64,000 nt of DNA from an uncultured Acidobacteriota bacterium (GTDB taxonomy: Bacteria; Acidobacteriota; Thermoanaerobaculia; UBA5066). Under the pieces are notes generated by a model. That model was not told where the DNA came from, ran no database searches, and saw only the letters and a list, made by a program, of their open reading frames with translations. Shown here one piece after another: positions 29,701 to 40,556 of the stretch (positions are counted from its first letter, which is position 1; every line of letters begins with the position of its first letter). The stretch is taken from the NCBI GenBank assembly GCA_963779415.1, contig CAVZYA010000002.1:896001-960000 (forward strand), in the 5' to 3' direction. Position numbers and translations under genes: made by a program.

Positions 29701-30059
29701 AGCTCGTCGTCGCCATCGTCCGTCCCGAGAAGCTCAACGACGTCCTCGAGGCGCTCTTCGAGGCCGAGGTCCGGGGCCTCTCCCTCTCCCGCGTGCAGGG
29801 GCACGGCGGCGAGATGGACCGCGTGGAGACCTATCGCGGCACGACCGTGAAGATGGAGCTGTCCGAGAAGGTCCGGCTCGAGATCGGCGTCTCGGACCAC
29901 TTCGTCGAGCCGACCGTCAAGGCGATCCTCTCCTCCGCACGGACCGGCGAGGTCGGAGACGGAAAGATCTTCGTCCTCCCCGTCGAGAAGGTCTTCCGGA
30001 TCCGGTCGGGAGAGGAGGACCAGGCCGCCGTCACGCCGATCGCGAGCGCGGCCGCCTGA
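29697..30059 (+). CDS. glnK: PII nitrogen regulatory protein
   Basis: GGAGG RBS plus GTG; AIVRPEKL, T-loop YRG, ARTGEVGDGKIFV; adjacent to amtB. Confidence 0.9.
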   Translation: MKLVVAIVRPEKLNDVLEALFEAEVRGLSLSRVQGHGGEMDRVETYRGTTVKMELSEKVRLEIGVSDHFVEPTVKAILSSARTGEVGDGKIFVLPVEKVFRIRSGEEDQAAVTPIASAAA

Positions 30060-30109
30060 GACCGGCGTCTTCCGCGACGGGCGATACGCCCGGACCTAGA
30101 ATCCTTGCC

Positions 30110-31383
30110 GTGCCGCTCACGACGTTCGACCTGTCGATCCGGTTCTTCCTGCAGCTCCTCGTCATCCTCGGCGTCTGTCAGGGGACGGCATGGCTTTTCC
30201 GGAAGGTGGGGCAGTCGCAGGTCGTGAGCGAGATGATCGCCGGCGTCTTCCTGGGGCCGTCGCTCTTCGGCTGGCTCTTCCCGGGGGCGAGCGCCTACCT
30301 CTTCCCGAAGGCTTCGATGCCGATCCTCTTCGCCTTCGCGCAGGTCGGCCTCGTCCTCTACATGTTCCTCGTCGGCCTCGAGTTCGACACGGCCCTCCTC
30401 CGGGAGAAGCTCCGGAGCGCGGCTCTCGTCTCGGCGGCCGGGATCAGCGCGCCATTCGCCCTCGGCGGCCTGATCGCGTGGGCGACGCACGCCCGGGCCG
30501 ACCTCGCCCTCTTCGGCGAGGGGGTCTCGATCCCGCAGGCCGTCCTTTACATGGGAGCGGCGATGTCAATCACCGCCTTCCCGATGCTGGCGCGGATCAT
30601 CCACGAGCAGGGACTCTCCCGGACGACGCTCGGGACGCTGGCGCTCGCGGCCGGCTCGCTGGACGACGCGGCGGCGTGGTGCCTCCTGGCGTCGTCCTCG
30701 CCGCCTTCAGCGGGAACGTCTCGATCGCGATCCTCGCCATCGGCGGCGGCGGGCTCTTCCTCGTCTTCTGCCTCGTCGTCCTCCGCCGCCTCCTCGTGCC
30801 GCTCGGCGCGCACGTGGAGCGGGAGAAAGGGATGAGCCCGACCCTCTTTTCGTGGGTCCTGATGATCCTGATGCTCGGAGCCTTCATCACCGATTCGCTC
30901 CGGATCTACGCGGTCTTCGGCGCGTTTCTGACCGGGGCCGCGATGCCGAAGGGGCTCTTCGCCGAAGAGCTGCGGAAGCGGATGCACCCCCTCACGGTCT
31001 CGTTCATCCTTCCGCTCTTCTTCGTCTACTCGGGGCTCAACACGAGAATCGGCCTCGTCTCCACGCCGGCGCTCGCCGCTCTCGCCCTCGTCGTACTTTT
31101 CGCCGCGATCTTCGGCAAGGGGGTCGCCTGCTGGGGGGCGGCGCGCCTCGCCGGGTCGACGCCGAAGGACGCCCTCGGCGTCGGGGTGCTGATGAACGCC
31201 CGCGGACTGATGGAGCTGATCATCCTGAACATCGGCCTCGAGCGGGGGATCATCCAGCCGACCCTCTTCACGATCATGGTCCTGATGGCCGTCGTGACGA
31301 CGCTCATGGCGACGCCGATCTTCGAGCGGATCCACGGCGCGAAGGAAGGCCGGCTCGGGGCGGGCACTCTCGACTTCTCGTGA
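30110..31383 (+). CDS. Cation:proton antiporter (CPA2/CHX-like); -1 indel near 30690
   Basis: QSQVVSEMIAGVFLGPS, SITAFPMLARI, DDAAAW, GVLMNARGLMELIILNIG. Confidence 0.9.
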
Positions 31384-32537
31384 GCGGAGGCGCCGGCCCC
31401 CCGGCCGGGTCGCCGCGCGAGGTCCATCTCGGGAAGCTCGCCGTCGTCTTCCTGAAGCTCGGCACGGTCGCGTTTGGCGGACCGGCGGCGCACATCGCCA
31501 TGATGGAGGACGAGTTCGTCCGCCGCCGGGCCTGGCTTTCGAGGCAGGAGTTTCTCGACCTCGTGGGCGCGGCGAGCCTGATCCCCGGTCCCAGCTCGAC
31601 CGAGGTCGCCATCTACGTCGGTTACCGGCGTGCGGGGTGGCGCGGGCTGCTCATCGCCGGCGTCTGCTTCATTCTCCCGGCGGCACTTCTCGTCACCGCG
31701 CTGGCATGGGCCTACGTGCAGCTCGGAAACCTGCCTCGGGTCGGCGCCGTCCTCTACGGCGTCAAGGCGGTGGTCATCGCCATCATCGCGCAGGCGCTCC
31801 TCGGCCTGGCGCGGACGGCCTTCAAGACCAGGACACTCGCGGCGCTGGGCGCGATCGCCTTTTCTGCGTGCCTCTTCGGGGTGAATCCTCTCGGTGTGCT
31901 CGTCGGCTCCGGGCTCGCGAGCGGGCTTCTCCGCGGGCTGGCGCGACCGGACAGGCGACGTGGGGCGGCCTTTCTCCTGAGCGCAGGCGGGATTGCCGGC
32001 GCTTCTTCCATCCCCGTTCCCGTGACCCTCACGAAGCTCTTTTTCATCTTTCTGAAGATCGGCGCCGTCGTCTTCGGAAGCGGGTACGTCCTTCTGGCCT
32101 TTCTCAGAGCCGACTTCGTGGAGGGGACACGCTGGCTGACCGAGGCCCGGCTTCTGGATGCCGTCGCGGTCGGGCAGGTCACGCCGGGACCTGTCTTCAC
32201 GACCGCGACCTTCATCGGCTACCTCCTCGCGGGGCTTCCCGGGGCGGCCGTGGCGACCGTTGCGATCTTCCTTCCGTCCTTCTTCCTGGTGGCCCTGAGC
32301 GGTCCCCTCGTCCCGCGGCTTCGTACGTCGCCGATGGCGGCGGCCATTCTCGACGGCGTGAATGCGGGAGCCGTGGCGGTAATCCTCGTCGTCGGTCTGC
32401 AGCTCGGGCGGACGGCCCTCGTCGACGGGACGACGATCGCCCTGGCGGCGGCCGGGTTCCTCGTCCTCGTGGTCCTCAGGCCCAATTCCGCCTGGCTGGT
32501 CCTGGCCGGCGCTCTTGTGGGATGGTTGAGGGGCTGA
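31380..32537 (+). CDS. chrA: Chromate efflux transporter
   Basis: AFGGPAAHIAMMEDE, IPGPSSTE, FGSGYVL, GQVTPGPVFTTATFIG (two CHR domains). Confidence 0.92.
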   Translation: MSGGAGPPAGSPREVHLGKLAVVFLKLGTVAFGGPAAHIAMMEDEFVRRRAWLSRQEFLDLVGAASLIPGPSSTEVAIYVGYRRAGWRGLLIAGVCFILPAALLVTALAWAYVQLGNLPRVGAVLYGVKAVVIAIIAQALLGLARTAFKTRTLAALGAIAFSACLFGVNPLGVLVGSGLASGLLRGLARPDRRRGAAFLLSAGGIAGASSIPVPVTLTKLFFIFLKIGAVVFGSGYVLLAFLRADFVEGTRWLTEARLLDAVAVGQVTPGPVFTTATFIGYLLAGLPGAAVATVAIFLPSFFLVALSGPLVPRLRTSPMAAAILDGVNAGAVAVILVVGLQLGRTALVDGTTIALAAAGFLVLVVLRPNSAWLVLAGALVGWLRG

Positions 32538-32549
32538 AGGAGGTCCGAA

Positions 32550-33023
32550 ATGATGAGAGACGTGGGGGCGAAGGCGGCGGCGGTTTCCGACCGGCCTCTC
32601 GCGGGCATTCTCCTGATCCGGCTGGCGGTCGGTCTGATCTTCTTCACCCAGGGGATCCTGAAGTTCACCGACCCGAACATGGGGATCGTCCGCTTCACCC
32701 GCATCGGTTTTCCGGTCCCCGGCTTTACGGCAGAGTTCGTCGGCGCCTTCGAGATCGTCTGCGGGCTTCTCGTTCTTCTCGGCCTTCGGACGCGGGTGGC
32801 GGCGCTGCCGCTTTTGATCGTCATTTCGACCGCGATCGCCACGACGAAGATCCCGGAGCTCTTTCGGACGGGTCAGGGCTTCTGGTACATGGTGAGCGAT
32901 GCGCGGACCGACTTCGCGATGTTCTGCTCCCTGCTTTTCCTGCTCCTTGCGGGGGGCGGGAGCTGGTCGCTGGATGCCCTTGGCCGTCGCCGCGAGGAGA
33001 GCCAGGGCTCGACCACGTCGTAG
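32550..33023 (+). CDS. DoxX family membrane protein
   Basis: IRLAVGLIF..GILKF..FEIVCGLLVLLGLRTR..GGGSWSLD. Confidence 0.88.
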   Translation: MMRDVGAKAAAVSDRPLAGILLIRLAVGLIFFTQGILKFTDPNMGIVRFTRIGFPVPGFTAEFVGAFEIVCGLLVLLGLRTRVAALPLLIVISTAIATTKIPELFRTGQGFWYMVSDARTDFAMFCSLLFLLLAGGGSWSLDALGRRREESQGSTTS

Positions 33024-33045
33024 AGGAAGCCCGGGTCGGTCTCCG

Positions 33046-33121
33046 AGAAAGAAAAATGCCCTCCCGCCGTCCGGAGGTTTGGCCCGCGTGGGGCGGGCAG
33101 GGGGGTGGACGGCGGGAGGGC
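33046..33121 (-). terminator. Intrinsic terminator-like inverted repeat downstream of the PFOR/DHOD-like operon
   Basis: Perfect 15-bp IR GCCCTCCCGCCGTCC (33058-33072) / GGACGGCGGGAGGGC (33107-33121) with a 34-nt loop, followed on the minus strand by ATTTTTCTTTC. Confidence 0.65.
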
Positions 33122-33144
33122 GGGGGGGCGTCAGGAACCGCGCG

Positions 33145-34152
33145 TCAGGACATGGCCTCCACCTTGAATGACTGGAGGATCCGCATGTAGTTCGCGCGCT
33201 CGAAGGACGAGGGGTCCGGGCTCTTGAGAAGGCTCATCGAGCCCTTCATCTGGGAGACCGATTCGTATTCGTGCTTCTGCATCCAGGCGGTGAAGTCGTT
33301 CCTCACGACGGCGAGCTGTTTCGGTCCGCGCCGGAGGATGGCCGAGACCATCTGAACGGCATCCGCGCCCGTCATGACCGCCTTCACGGCGTCGAGCCCG
33401 GTGTGGACCCCTCCCGAGACGGCGAGGCTCGCCCGGAGACGGCCGGCGAGGATGGCGAGCCACCGGAGGCGCAGGAGCAGCTCCGAGGAGTCGGAGAGGG
33501 AGAGGGAGGGGACGACCTCCAGCTCCTCGGGGTCGAGATCGGGCTGGTAGAAGCGGTTGAAGAGGACGAGCCCGTCCACCTTCAGCCGGTCCAGCTCGCT
33601 CGCGAAGTGGCCGAGGGAGGAGAAGAAGGGCGCGAGCTTGACCGCGAGAGGGATCTTCACGCCGTTCTTGACGGCGTGGACCATCTCGAGGATCCGGCGC
33701 TCGACGAGGCTTCCCGCTTCCCACGATTTCGCGGCGAGGTAGTAGACGTTCAGCTCGAGGGCGTCGGCGCCGGCCTGCTCGATCTTCTGGGCGTACTCGA
33801 GCCAGCCGCCGAGCGTGACGCCGTTGAGCGACGCGATGACGGGGAGCTTGACGGCCGACTTGATCTTCTGGATCTGCTCGAGGTACTGCTCCGGCCCGAG
33901 GCGGTACTCCTCGGGCTCGGGGAAATACGAAAGCGCCTCGGCGAACGCCGCGGCGTGAATCTCCATCGCCTCGATCGTCCCGATCTGCTCCCGGGTGATC
34001 TGCTCCTCGAAGAGCGAGTGCATGACGATGGCCGAAGCGCCCGCGTCCTCGAGCCGCCGCACCGTGTCGAGGTCGTCGACCATCGGCGAGGCGCCGGGCA
34101 TGAACGGGTGGGGGAGCTTGAGGCCGAGATACGTGGTCGAGAGATCCATCAT
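33145..34152 (-). CDS. Dihydroorotate dehydrogenase-like FMN protein
   Basis: DLSTTYLGLKL, SLFEEQI, AGADALELN, VKLAP, LFNRFYQPD, SGGVH..GADAVQ. Confidence 0.9.
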   Translation of the reverse strand: MMDLSTTYLGLKLPHPFMPGASPMVDDLDTVRRLEDAGASAIVMHSLFEEQITREQIGTIEAMEIHAAAFAEALSYFPEPEEYRLGPEQYLEQIQKIKSAVKLPVIASLNGVTLGGWLEYAQKIEQAGADALELNVYYLAAKSWEAGSLVERRILEMVHAVKNGVKIPLAVKLAPFFSSLGHFASELDRLKVDGLVLFNRFYQPDLDPEELEVVPSLSLSDSSELLLRLRWLAILAGRLRASLAVSGGVHTGLDAVKAVMTGADAVQMVSAILRRGPKQLAVVRNDFTAWMQKHEYESVSQMKGSMSLLKSPDPSSFERANYMRILQSFKVEAMS

Positions 34153-34159
34153 CCCCTCC

Positions 34160-37100
34160 TCACGCCTTCGGAGCCACCGGGGCCGCAGAGGCCGGGGCGG
34201 ACGGGGGCGTGATGCCCGCCTTCGTCATCGTGATCCTGGCCAGGTTCTCGTAGATGGCGAAGCGCTCGCGCACATCGCGCTCGGCCTTGTGAAGGAGCAT
34301 GCGGAACCGGACCGGGTCCTGCTGCTCGACCATCCGGAAGCGCGCCTCGTTTCGCATGAACTGCGCGAGCGAGGCCTTGATCGACGTGGAGTCCATGACG
34401 AGCGGCGTCTCGCCCGTCGGAATCCGCCGCGGGTCGAAGCGGTAGAGCGGCCAGTAGCCCGAGTCGACGGCCAGCTTCTGCTGGTCGAGGCTGAACGACA
34501 GGTCGTAGCCGTGGGCGATGCAGGGGCTGTATGCGATGAGCATCGAGGGGCCGGACCAGGAGTCGGCCTCGAGGAATGCTTTCACTGTCTGGTTGTCCTT
34601 GGAGCCGAAGGCGAGGTGTGCGACGTAGACGTGGCCGTACGTCATCGCGAGCATCCCGAGGTCCTTTTTCGGAACCCCCTTGCCGTTCGCGGCGAACTTC
34701 GCCGCAGCCCCCATCGGCGTCGCTTTCGACGCCTGGCCGCCCGTGTTCGAGTAGACCTCGGTGTCGAGGACGAGGACGTTGACGTCCTTGTTGGAGGCGA
34801 GGACGTGGTCGAGGCCGCCGTAGCCGATGTCGTAGGCCCAGCCGTCGCCGCCGACGATCCAGACGCTCTTCTTGACGAGGAAATCGGCGAGCTGGTCGAG
34901 GATCTTTCCGGCCTCGGCCTCCTTCCCGCCGATCCCCTTCAGCTTCGTCCGAAGGGCCGCGACGCGCTGGCGCTGGGCCGCGATGCCGGCCTCGCCCGTC
35001 ATGTCGGCCCCGAGGATCTCCGAGACGAGCGTCTCGCCGAGAGAGGCCGAGAGCGTCTTCAAGAGGTGCGTCGCGTAGTCCTTCTGCGAGTCGATCGCGA
35101 GGCGGTACCCGAAGCCGAACTCGGCGTTGTCCTCGAAGAGCGAGTTGTTCCAGGCCGGCCCCCGCCCGTCGCGGTTCGTCGCGTACGGGGTCGTCGGGAG
35201 GTTCCCGCCGTAGATCGAGGAGCAGCCCGTGGCGTTCGCGATGATCGTCCGGTCGCCGAAGAGCTGCGTCAGGAGCTTGACGTACGGCGTCTCGCCGCAG
35301 CCGGAGCAGGCGCCCGAGAACTCGAAGAGCGGCTCGAGGAACTGCGTCCCCTTCACGTCCATCCGGACCGTGTCGCGCGGCGCCTCGGGGAGGTCGAGGA
35401 AGAAGGCGAAGTTCGCGGCCTCGGCCTCGCGGAGCGGGCGCTGCGGGTGCATGTCGAGAGACTTGTGCTTCGGGTTCGACTTGTCCTTCGCGGGGCAGAC
35501 GGCGACGCAGAGAGTGCAGCCCGTGCAGTCCTCCGGGGCGACCTGGACCGTGTACTTCTGTCCCTTGTACTCCGGCCCCTTGAAGTCCATCGACTTGAAG
35601 GTGGCCGGGGCCTTCCCGAGACGGGCCGGGTCGTAGACCTTCACGCGGATCGCCGCGTGGGGGCAGACCATCGCGCACTTGTTGCACTGGATGCAGATCT
35701 TCTCGTCCCAGACGGGGATGTCGAGGGCGATGTTCCGCTTCTCCCACCTCGCGGTCGCGAGGGGCCACGTCCCGTCGGGAGGAAAGGCGCTGACCGGAAG
35801 GAGGTCCCCCTTGCCCGCCAGCATGACCGCCGAGACGCGCTTGACGAAGTCGGGCGCGGCATCGGAGACGATCGGGGGGCGACGCCGCGTCGCCGTGACC
35901 TTCGGGGGGACCGGCAGCTCGAAAAGGTGCTCGAGGGTGCCGTCGATCGCCGCGAAGTTCTTCTTGACGATCTCGGGTCCCTTCCGGCCGTACGTCTTCT
36001 CGACGGCCTTCTTGATCTCGGCGATCGCGTCCTCGCGCGGAAGGACGCCCGAGATCGCGAAGAAGCAGGTCTGCATGATCGTGTTGATCCGCGCCCCCAT
36101 GCCGAGCTCGCGGGCCACCTTGTAGGCGTCGATGCCAAAGACCCGGAGCTTCCGCTCGACGATCGTCTCCTGCATCTCGCGGGGGAGAGCGTCCCAGACC
36201 TCCTCCTTCTCCCGACCGACGTTCAGAAGGACGGTGCCCCCCGGTGCCGCGTACTCGAGGACGTCGTACTTGTCGAGGAACGACTCCTGGTGGCAGGCGA
36301 CGAACTTCGCCTTCGTGATGAGGTAGGTCGAGCGGATCGGCTTCGCCGAGAAGCGGAGGTGCGAGATCGTGACCGCGCCCGACTTCTTCGAGTCGTAGAC
36401 GAAATAGCCCTGCGCCTCTTTCCCGGTCTCCTCCCCGATGATCTTGATCGAGTTCTTGTTCGCGCTGACGGTGCCGTCGGCCCCGAGGCCGTAGAAGACG
36501 GCGCGCGAGACCTCGTCGGCCTCCGTGTCCACGTCGGGATCCCACGGGAGGGACGTGTGGGTGACGTCGTCCACGATGCCGACCGTGAAGTGGTTCTTCG
36601 GGGCGCTCTTGCCGAGCTCGTCGAAGACCGCCTTCACCATGGCGGGAGTGAACTCCTTCGACGAGAGGCCGTAGCGCCCGCCGACCACGACCGGGTCCTT
36701 CGCGAACCGGGTCAGGCCGGCGCTCTTCGCCTCCACGAGGCCCGTCACGACGTCCATGTAGAGCGGGTCGCCGATGGCGCCCGGCTCCTTCGTCCGGTCG
36801 AGGACGGCGATCGACTTCACGGTCTTCGGAAGCGCCGCGAGGAAGGCCGGGATGTCGAACGGGCGGTAGAGGCGGACCTTGACGATCCCCACCTTCTCGC
36901 CGCGGGCGACCATCCACTCCACGGCCTCGTGCGCCGCCTCGGCGCCCGAGCCCATCAGGACGACGACCCGCTCGGCCTCCGGGTGCCCCACGTAATCGAA
37001 GAGGCGGTAGGCGCGTCCGGTCCGCTTCGCGAAGCGGTCCATCTCCTGCTGGACGATCCCGGCGCAGGCGCGCGTACCAGCGGTTGCAGGCCTCGCGGGC

Positions 37101-37784
37101 CTGGAAAAACGCGTCGGGGTTCTGCGCCGAGCCGCGGAGGACCGGACGGTCGGGCGAAAGGGCCCGCCCCTTGTGCGCGGCGATCGCCTCGGGATCGAGA
37201 AGGGCACGAAGATCCTCGTCCGCGAGCTCCTCGATCTTGGAGACCTCGTGGGAGGTCCGGAAGCCGTCGAAGAAGTGGAGGAACGGGACGCGCGACTTCA
37301 GGGTCGCCATCTGCCCGATGGCGGCGAAGTCGTGCGCCTCCTGAACGGAGTTCGAGCTGAGCATGGCGAAGCCGGTCTGCCGGCAGGCCATGACGTCCGA
37401 GTGGTCCCCGAAGATCGAGAGGGCGTGCGTGGCGACGGTGCGGGCCGCCACGTGCATGCAGTAGGAGGTCAGCTCCCCCGCGATCTTGTACATGTTGGGG
37501 ATCATCAGGAGGAGGCCCTGCGCGGCGGTGAACGTCGTGGCCAGCGCCCCGGCCTGGAGCGCGCCGTGGACGGCGCCCGCGGCGCCCCCCTCCGACTGCA
37601 TCTCGACGACCTCGGGAACGTTCCCCCAGATGTTCTTCATCCCCTTGGAGGACCACTCGTCGGCCCACTCGCCCATGTTCGAGGAGGGGGTGATCGGATA
37701 GATGGCGATGACCTCGTTCGTCCGGTGGGCGACCGAGGCGACGGCTTCATTCCCGTCAAGGGCGATCGAACGGCGTTCTGTCAT
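34160..37784 (-). CDS. nifJ: Pyruvate:ferredoxin (flavodoxin) oxidoreductase; +1 indel near 37071
   Basis: YPITPSS, MQSEGGAAG, DGFRTSHE, two CxxCxxCxxxCP motifs, GACSGCGETPY, GGDGWAYDIG. Confidence 0.96.
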
Positions 37785-37969
37785 AAAGGACCCCCCGTAA
37801 CGGACGGATCATTCGACGGAGCCCTCGTGCCGGCCATGATCCGAATGAATCAGTGAAGAATCAGGAGTTTACGGGTCCGCGGACGCACGGCGGAATCCCG
37901 CAGGATCCGCCGTTCGTATAAGCTTTCTGCATTCGGCGCTTCCTCTCCGGGGGAGCGCGGAGGTTTTCG

Positions 37970-38830
37970 ATGAACCAACTGAAGACACTGATCCTTCTGG
38001 CGGCCCTGACGGCCCTGCTCCTCTGGCTCGGCCAGCTCATCGGCGGCCAGCAGGGAATGATGATCGCGCTCGTGATGGCGCTCGTCATGAACTTCGGGAG
38101 CTACTGGTTTTCGGACAAGATCGTCCTCGCGATGTACGGAGCTCAGCCGGTGTCCGAGGCCGACGCGCCCGAGCTCTTCACGATCGTCCGGAATCTCGCC
38201 CAGAAGACCGGCATTCCGATGCCGAAGGTCTACATCATTCCCGAAGAGGCTCCGAACGCCTTCGCGACCGGCCGGAACCCCGACCACGCGGCCGTTGCCG
38301 CGACGCAGGGGCTCCTTCGCCTGATGAGTCGCGAGGAGATCGAAGGGGTCCTCGCCCACGAGCTGGGGCACGTGAAGCACCGTGACACTCTCATCATGGC
38401 GGTGGCCGCGACGATGGCCGGCGCCCTGTCGCAGCTCGCAACGATGGCGCTCTGGTTCGGCGGAGGACGTGGCAGCAATGACCGCGAGGGGGGGAACCCG
38501 ATCGCAGGCCTCATCGGCATCCTCGTCGCGCCCTTCGCCGCGATGCTCATCCAGATGGCCATCTCGCGGTCGCGCGAGTTCCTCGCGGACGAGGCGAGCG
38601 CGCAGATCACCGGGAACCCGATGGAGCTCGCGGGCGCCCTGAAGAAACTCGAGGCGTGGAAGGCCGAGGTGCCGATGACGCACGGCTCGCCCGCCACCGC
38701 GCACCTCTTCATCGTGAACCCGTTCTCGGGCGGTGCGATCGCCGGCCTCTTCTCCACCCACCCCTCGACGCAGCAGCGGATCGAGCGGCTGGAGGCGATG
38801 GCGCGAACCGGAGGAATCCGGCCGGCGTAA
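37970..38830 (+). CDS. htpX: Zinc metalloprotease HtpX
   Basis: [32 protein letters not shown]. Confidence 0.95.
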   Translation: MNQLKTLILLAALTALLLWLGQLIGGQQGMMIALVMALVMNFGSYWFSDKIVLAMYGAQPVSEADAPELFTIVRNLAQKTGIPMPKVYIIPEEAPNAFATGRNPDHAAVAATQGLLRLMSREEIEGVLAHELGHVKHRDTLIMAVAATMAGALSQLATMALWFGGGRGSNDREGGNPIAGLIGILVAPFAAMLIQMAISRSREFLADEASAQITGNPMELAGALKKLEAWKAEVPMTHGSPATAHLFIVNPFSGGAIAGLFSTHPSTQQRIERLEAMARTGGIRPA

Positions 38831-39856
38831 GTGTCTGCCAACGTCATCCTCTTCCCCTTTGCCGAGTACTGGTGGGTCTATGGGCTCTTCCTTCTCGTCG
38901 TTCTTGCCATGCTCGCGCTCGACCTCGGCGTGTTCCACCGGAAGACGCACGCTGTCTCCTTCCGCGAGGCGGCGGTCTGGAGCGTCGTCTGGGTCGCCCT
39001 CTCGCTCGCCGTCGGCGCGGCAATCTGGAAGTACGCCGAGTGGCGGTTTCCCCAGGTGCCGCGCCTCACGTCGCTTCCGGGATTCGTCCCCGAAACGGCG
39101 GCCTGGCAGACCTTCCTCGAATACCTGACGGGCTACGTCGTCGAGAAGTCGCTCTCCGTCGACAACGTGTTCATCTTTGCCGTCGTTTTCGGCTTCTTCG
39201 CGATCCCCGCGGAGCTGCAGCACCGGGTCCTGTTCTGGGGGATCCTCGGCGCCCTCGTCTTCCGGGCGGCCTTCATCGCTCTTGGTGCGGTTCTCCTGTC
39301 GATCCACTGGGTCCTCTGGGTGTTCGGCGGCTTGCTCGTCCTGACGGGGCTGAAGATCCTCGTCGCCCCCGACAAGCCGATCGACCCCGGGCGGAACCTC
39401 GTCATCCGGCTCGTGAAGAAGCTCGTCCCGGTGACGCACGAGCTGAAGGGCCCCGCTTTCTTCATCCGGGAGGCCGGGCGCCTCGTTGCGACGCCGCTCT
39501 TCCTGACCCTCTTCTTCATCGAGTTCACGGACGTCGTCTTCGCGATCGACTCGGTCCCGGCCATCTTCGCCATCACGGACGAGCCCCTCATCGTCTTCAC
39601 GTCGAACATCTGCGCCATCCTCGGCCTCCGCGCGATGTTCTTCCTGCTGTCGGGGGCGGTCGGAAAGTTCCACCTTCTGAAGTACGGCCTCGGAACGGTT
39701 CTCGTCTTCGTCGGCCTGAAGATGGCGTGGCTGAACGAGGCCTTCGGCGGGAAGTTCCCGGTGACCTGGTCGCTCGGCATCATCGCCGTCCTGATCGGCG
39801 GGGCGATCGCGGCGTCGTTTCTCTTCCCGAAGCGCAACGCCGGAACGTCCGGCTAG
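38831..39856 (+). CDS. TerC/Alx family metal homeostasis membrane protein
   Basis: EKSLSVDNVF, QHRVLFWGILGA, EFTDVVFAIDSVPAI, SNICAILGLR. Confidence 0.93.
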   Translation: MSANVILFPFAEYWWVYGLFLLVVLAMLALDLGVFHRKTHAVSFREAAVWSVVWVALSLAVGAAIWKYAEWRFPQVPRLTSLPGFVPETAAWQTFLEYLTGYVVEKSLSVDNVFIFAVVFGFFAIPAELQHRVLFWGILGALVFRAAFIALGAVLLSIHWVLWVFGGLLVLTGLKILVAPDKPIDPGRNLVIRLVKKLVPVTHELKGPAFFIREAGRLVATPLFLTLFFIEFTDVVFAIDSVPAIFAITDEPLIVFTSNICAILGLRAMFFLLSGAVGKFHLLKYGLGTVLVFVGLKMAWLNEAFGGKFPVTWSLGIIAVLIGGAIAASFLFPKRNAGTSG

Positions 39857-40530
39857 TCCGGGAGGACGACCTCCGTCCGGCGGTTCCGCGCGCGCCCGTC
39901 GGGGGTGTCGTTCGGTGCGATCCCGAACTCCTTCCCGAAGCCGCGTGTCTTGAGACGCGAGCGGGGAACGCCGCGGCTTTCGAGATACGTCACGACGGCG
40001 ACGGCCCTCGCGAGAGAGAGCCGGTCGTTCAGCTCGTCGCTTCCGGTCGAGTCGGTGAAGCCGCAGACGATGGCTTCCGTCTTCGGAAAGTACGTGGTCA
40101 GGATCTCCGCCTGCTTGTCGAGGACGGGGAAGGCTTCCTCCTTCAGCTCCGCCTTTCCGGAGTCGAAGGAGACCTTCTCGGCGTACTCGAAGACGAGAAG
40201 GCGCGTGAGGCCGAGCCGGCGGGCGAGCGGGGAGGGACCGTCGCTCCCGAGCCGGAAGACGACCTCGGCCTTCTCGGGCGAGAGGATCCGGACCCGCTTC
40301 TCGACGGTCTCGAGGTCGCCCCGGACGGCCACGAGGGCGGCGAGGTCGGCGTAGGTCTCGAGGCTCACGGTGCGAGGCGCCGGGCCGAGGCTCTTTCCGC
40401 GCAGCTTCACCTCGGCGCCCGCCGGATCGCTCGTCACGTCCACCGCCATCCGCATGGCGACTTTCTTCTCGGCACAGGCGACGAGCGCCGCTGCGAGAAG
40501 GACGAGAGCGGAGAGGGCGACTCGCCGCAC
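39853..40530 (-). CDS. Lipoprotein with PEGA and OmpA-like peptidoglycan-binding domains
   Basis: Lipobox LVAC; VTSDPAGAEV; FDSGKAEL, GFTDSTG..NDRLSLARA, NRRTE. Confidence 0.88.
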   Translation of the reverse strand: MRRVALSALVLLAAALVACAEKKVAMRMAVDVTSDPAGAEVKLRGKSLGPAPRTVSLETYADLAALVAVRGDLETVEKRVRILSPEKAEVVFRLGSDGPSPLARRLGLTRLLVFEYAEKVSFDSGKAELKEEAFPVLDKQAEILTTYFPKTEAIVCGFTDSTGSDELNDRLSLARAVAVVTYLESRGVPRSRLKTRGFGKEFGIAPNDTPDGRARNRRTEVVLPD

Positions 40531-40556
40531 GGGAGGAGTATAGGAGCGTCCCCCGG

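Noticed and set aside
29514-30059. Apparent in-frame AmtB-GlnK fusion
   Set aside because: glnK has its own GGAGG plus GTG, and a +1 shift near 29667 gives a natural amtB end (TPVPEGGRA*) overlapping that GTG. With two other indels in amtB, a sequence error is more likely.
33085-33130. G-quadruplex-forming G-run cluster
   Set aside because: Explained by the terminator inverted repeat and the high GC background.
34149-37784. Programmed frameshifting in nifJ, amtB or the antiporter
   Set aside because: No slippery heptamers or stimulatory structures at the break points; the pattern fits consensus indels.
37800-38830. yybP-ykoY manganese riboswitch upstream of terC
   Set aside because: terC abuts htpX with no leader, and the htpX leader lacks the recognisable conserved riboswitch motifs.
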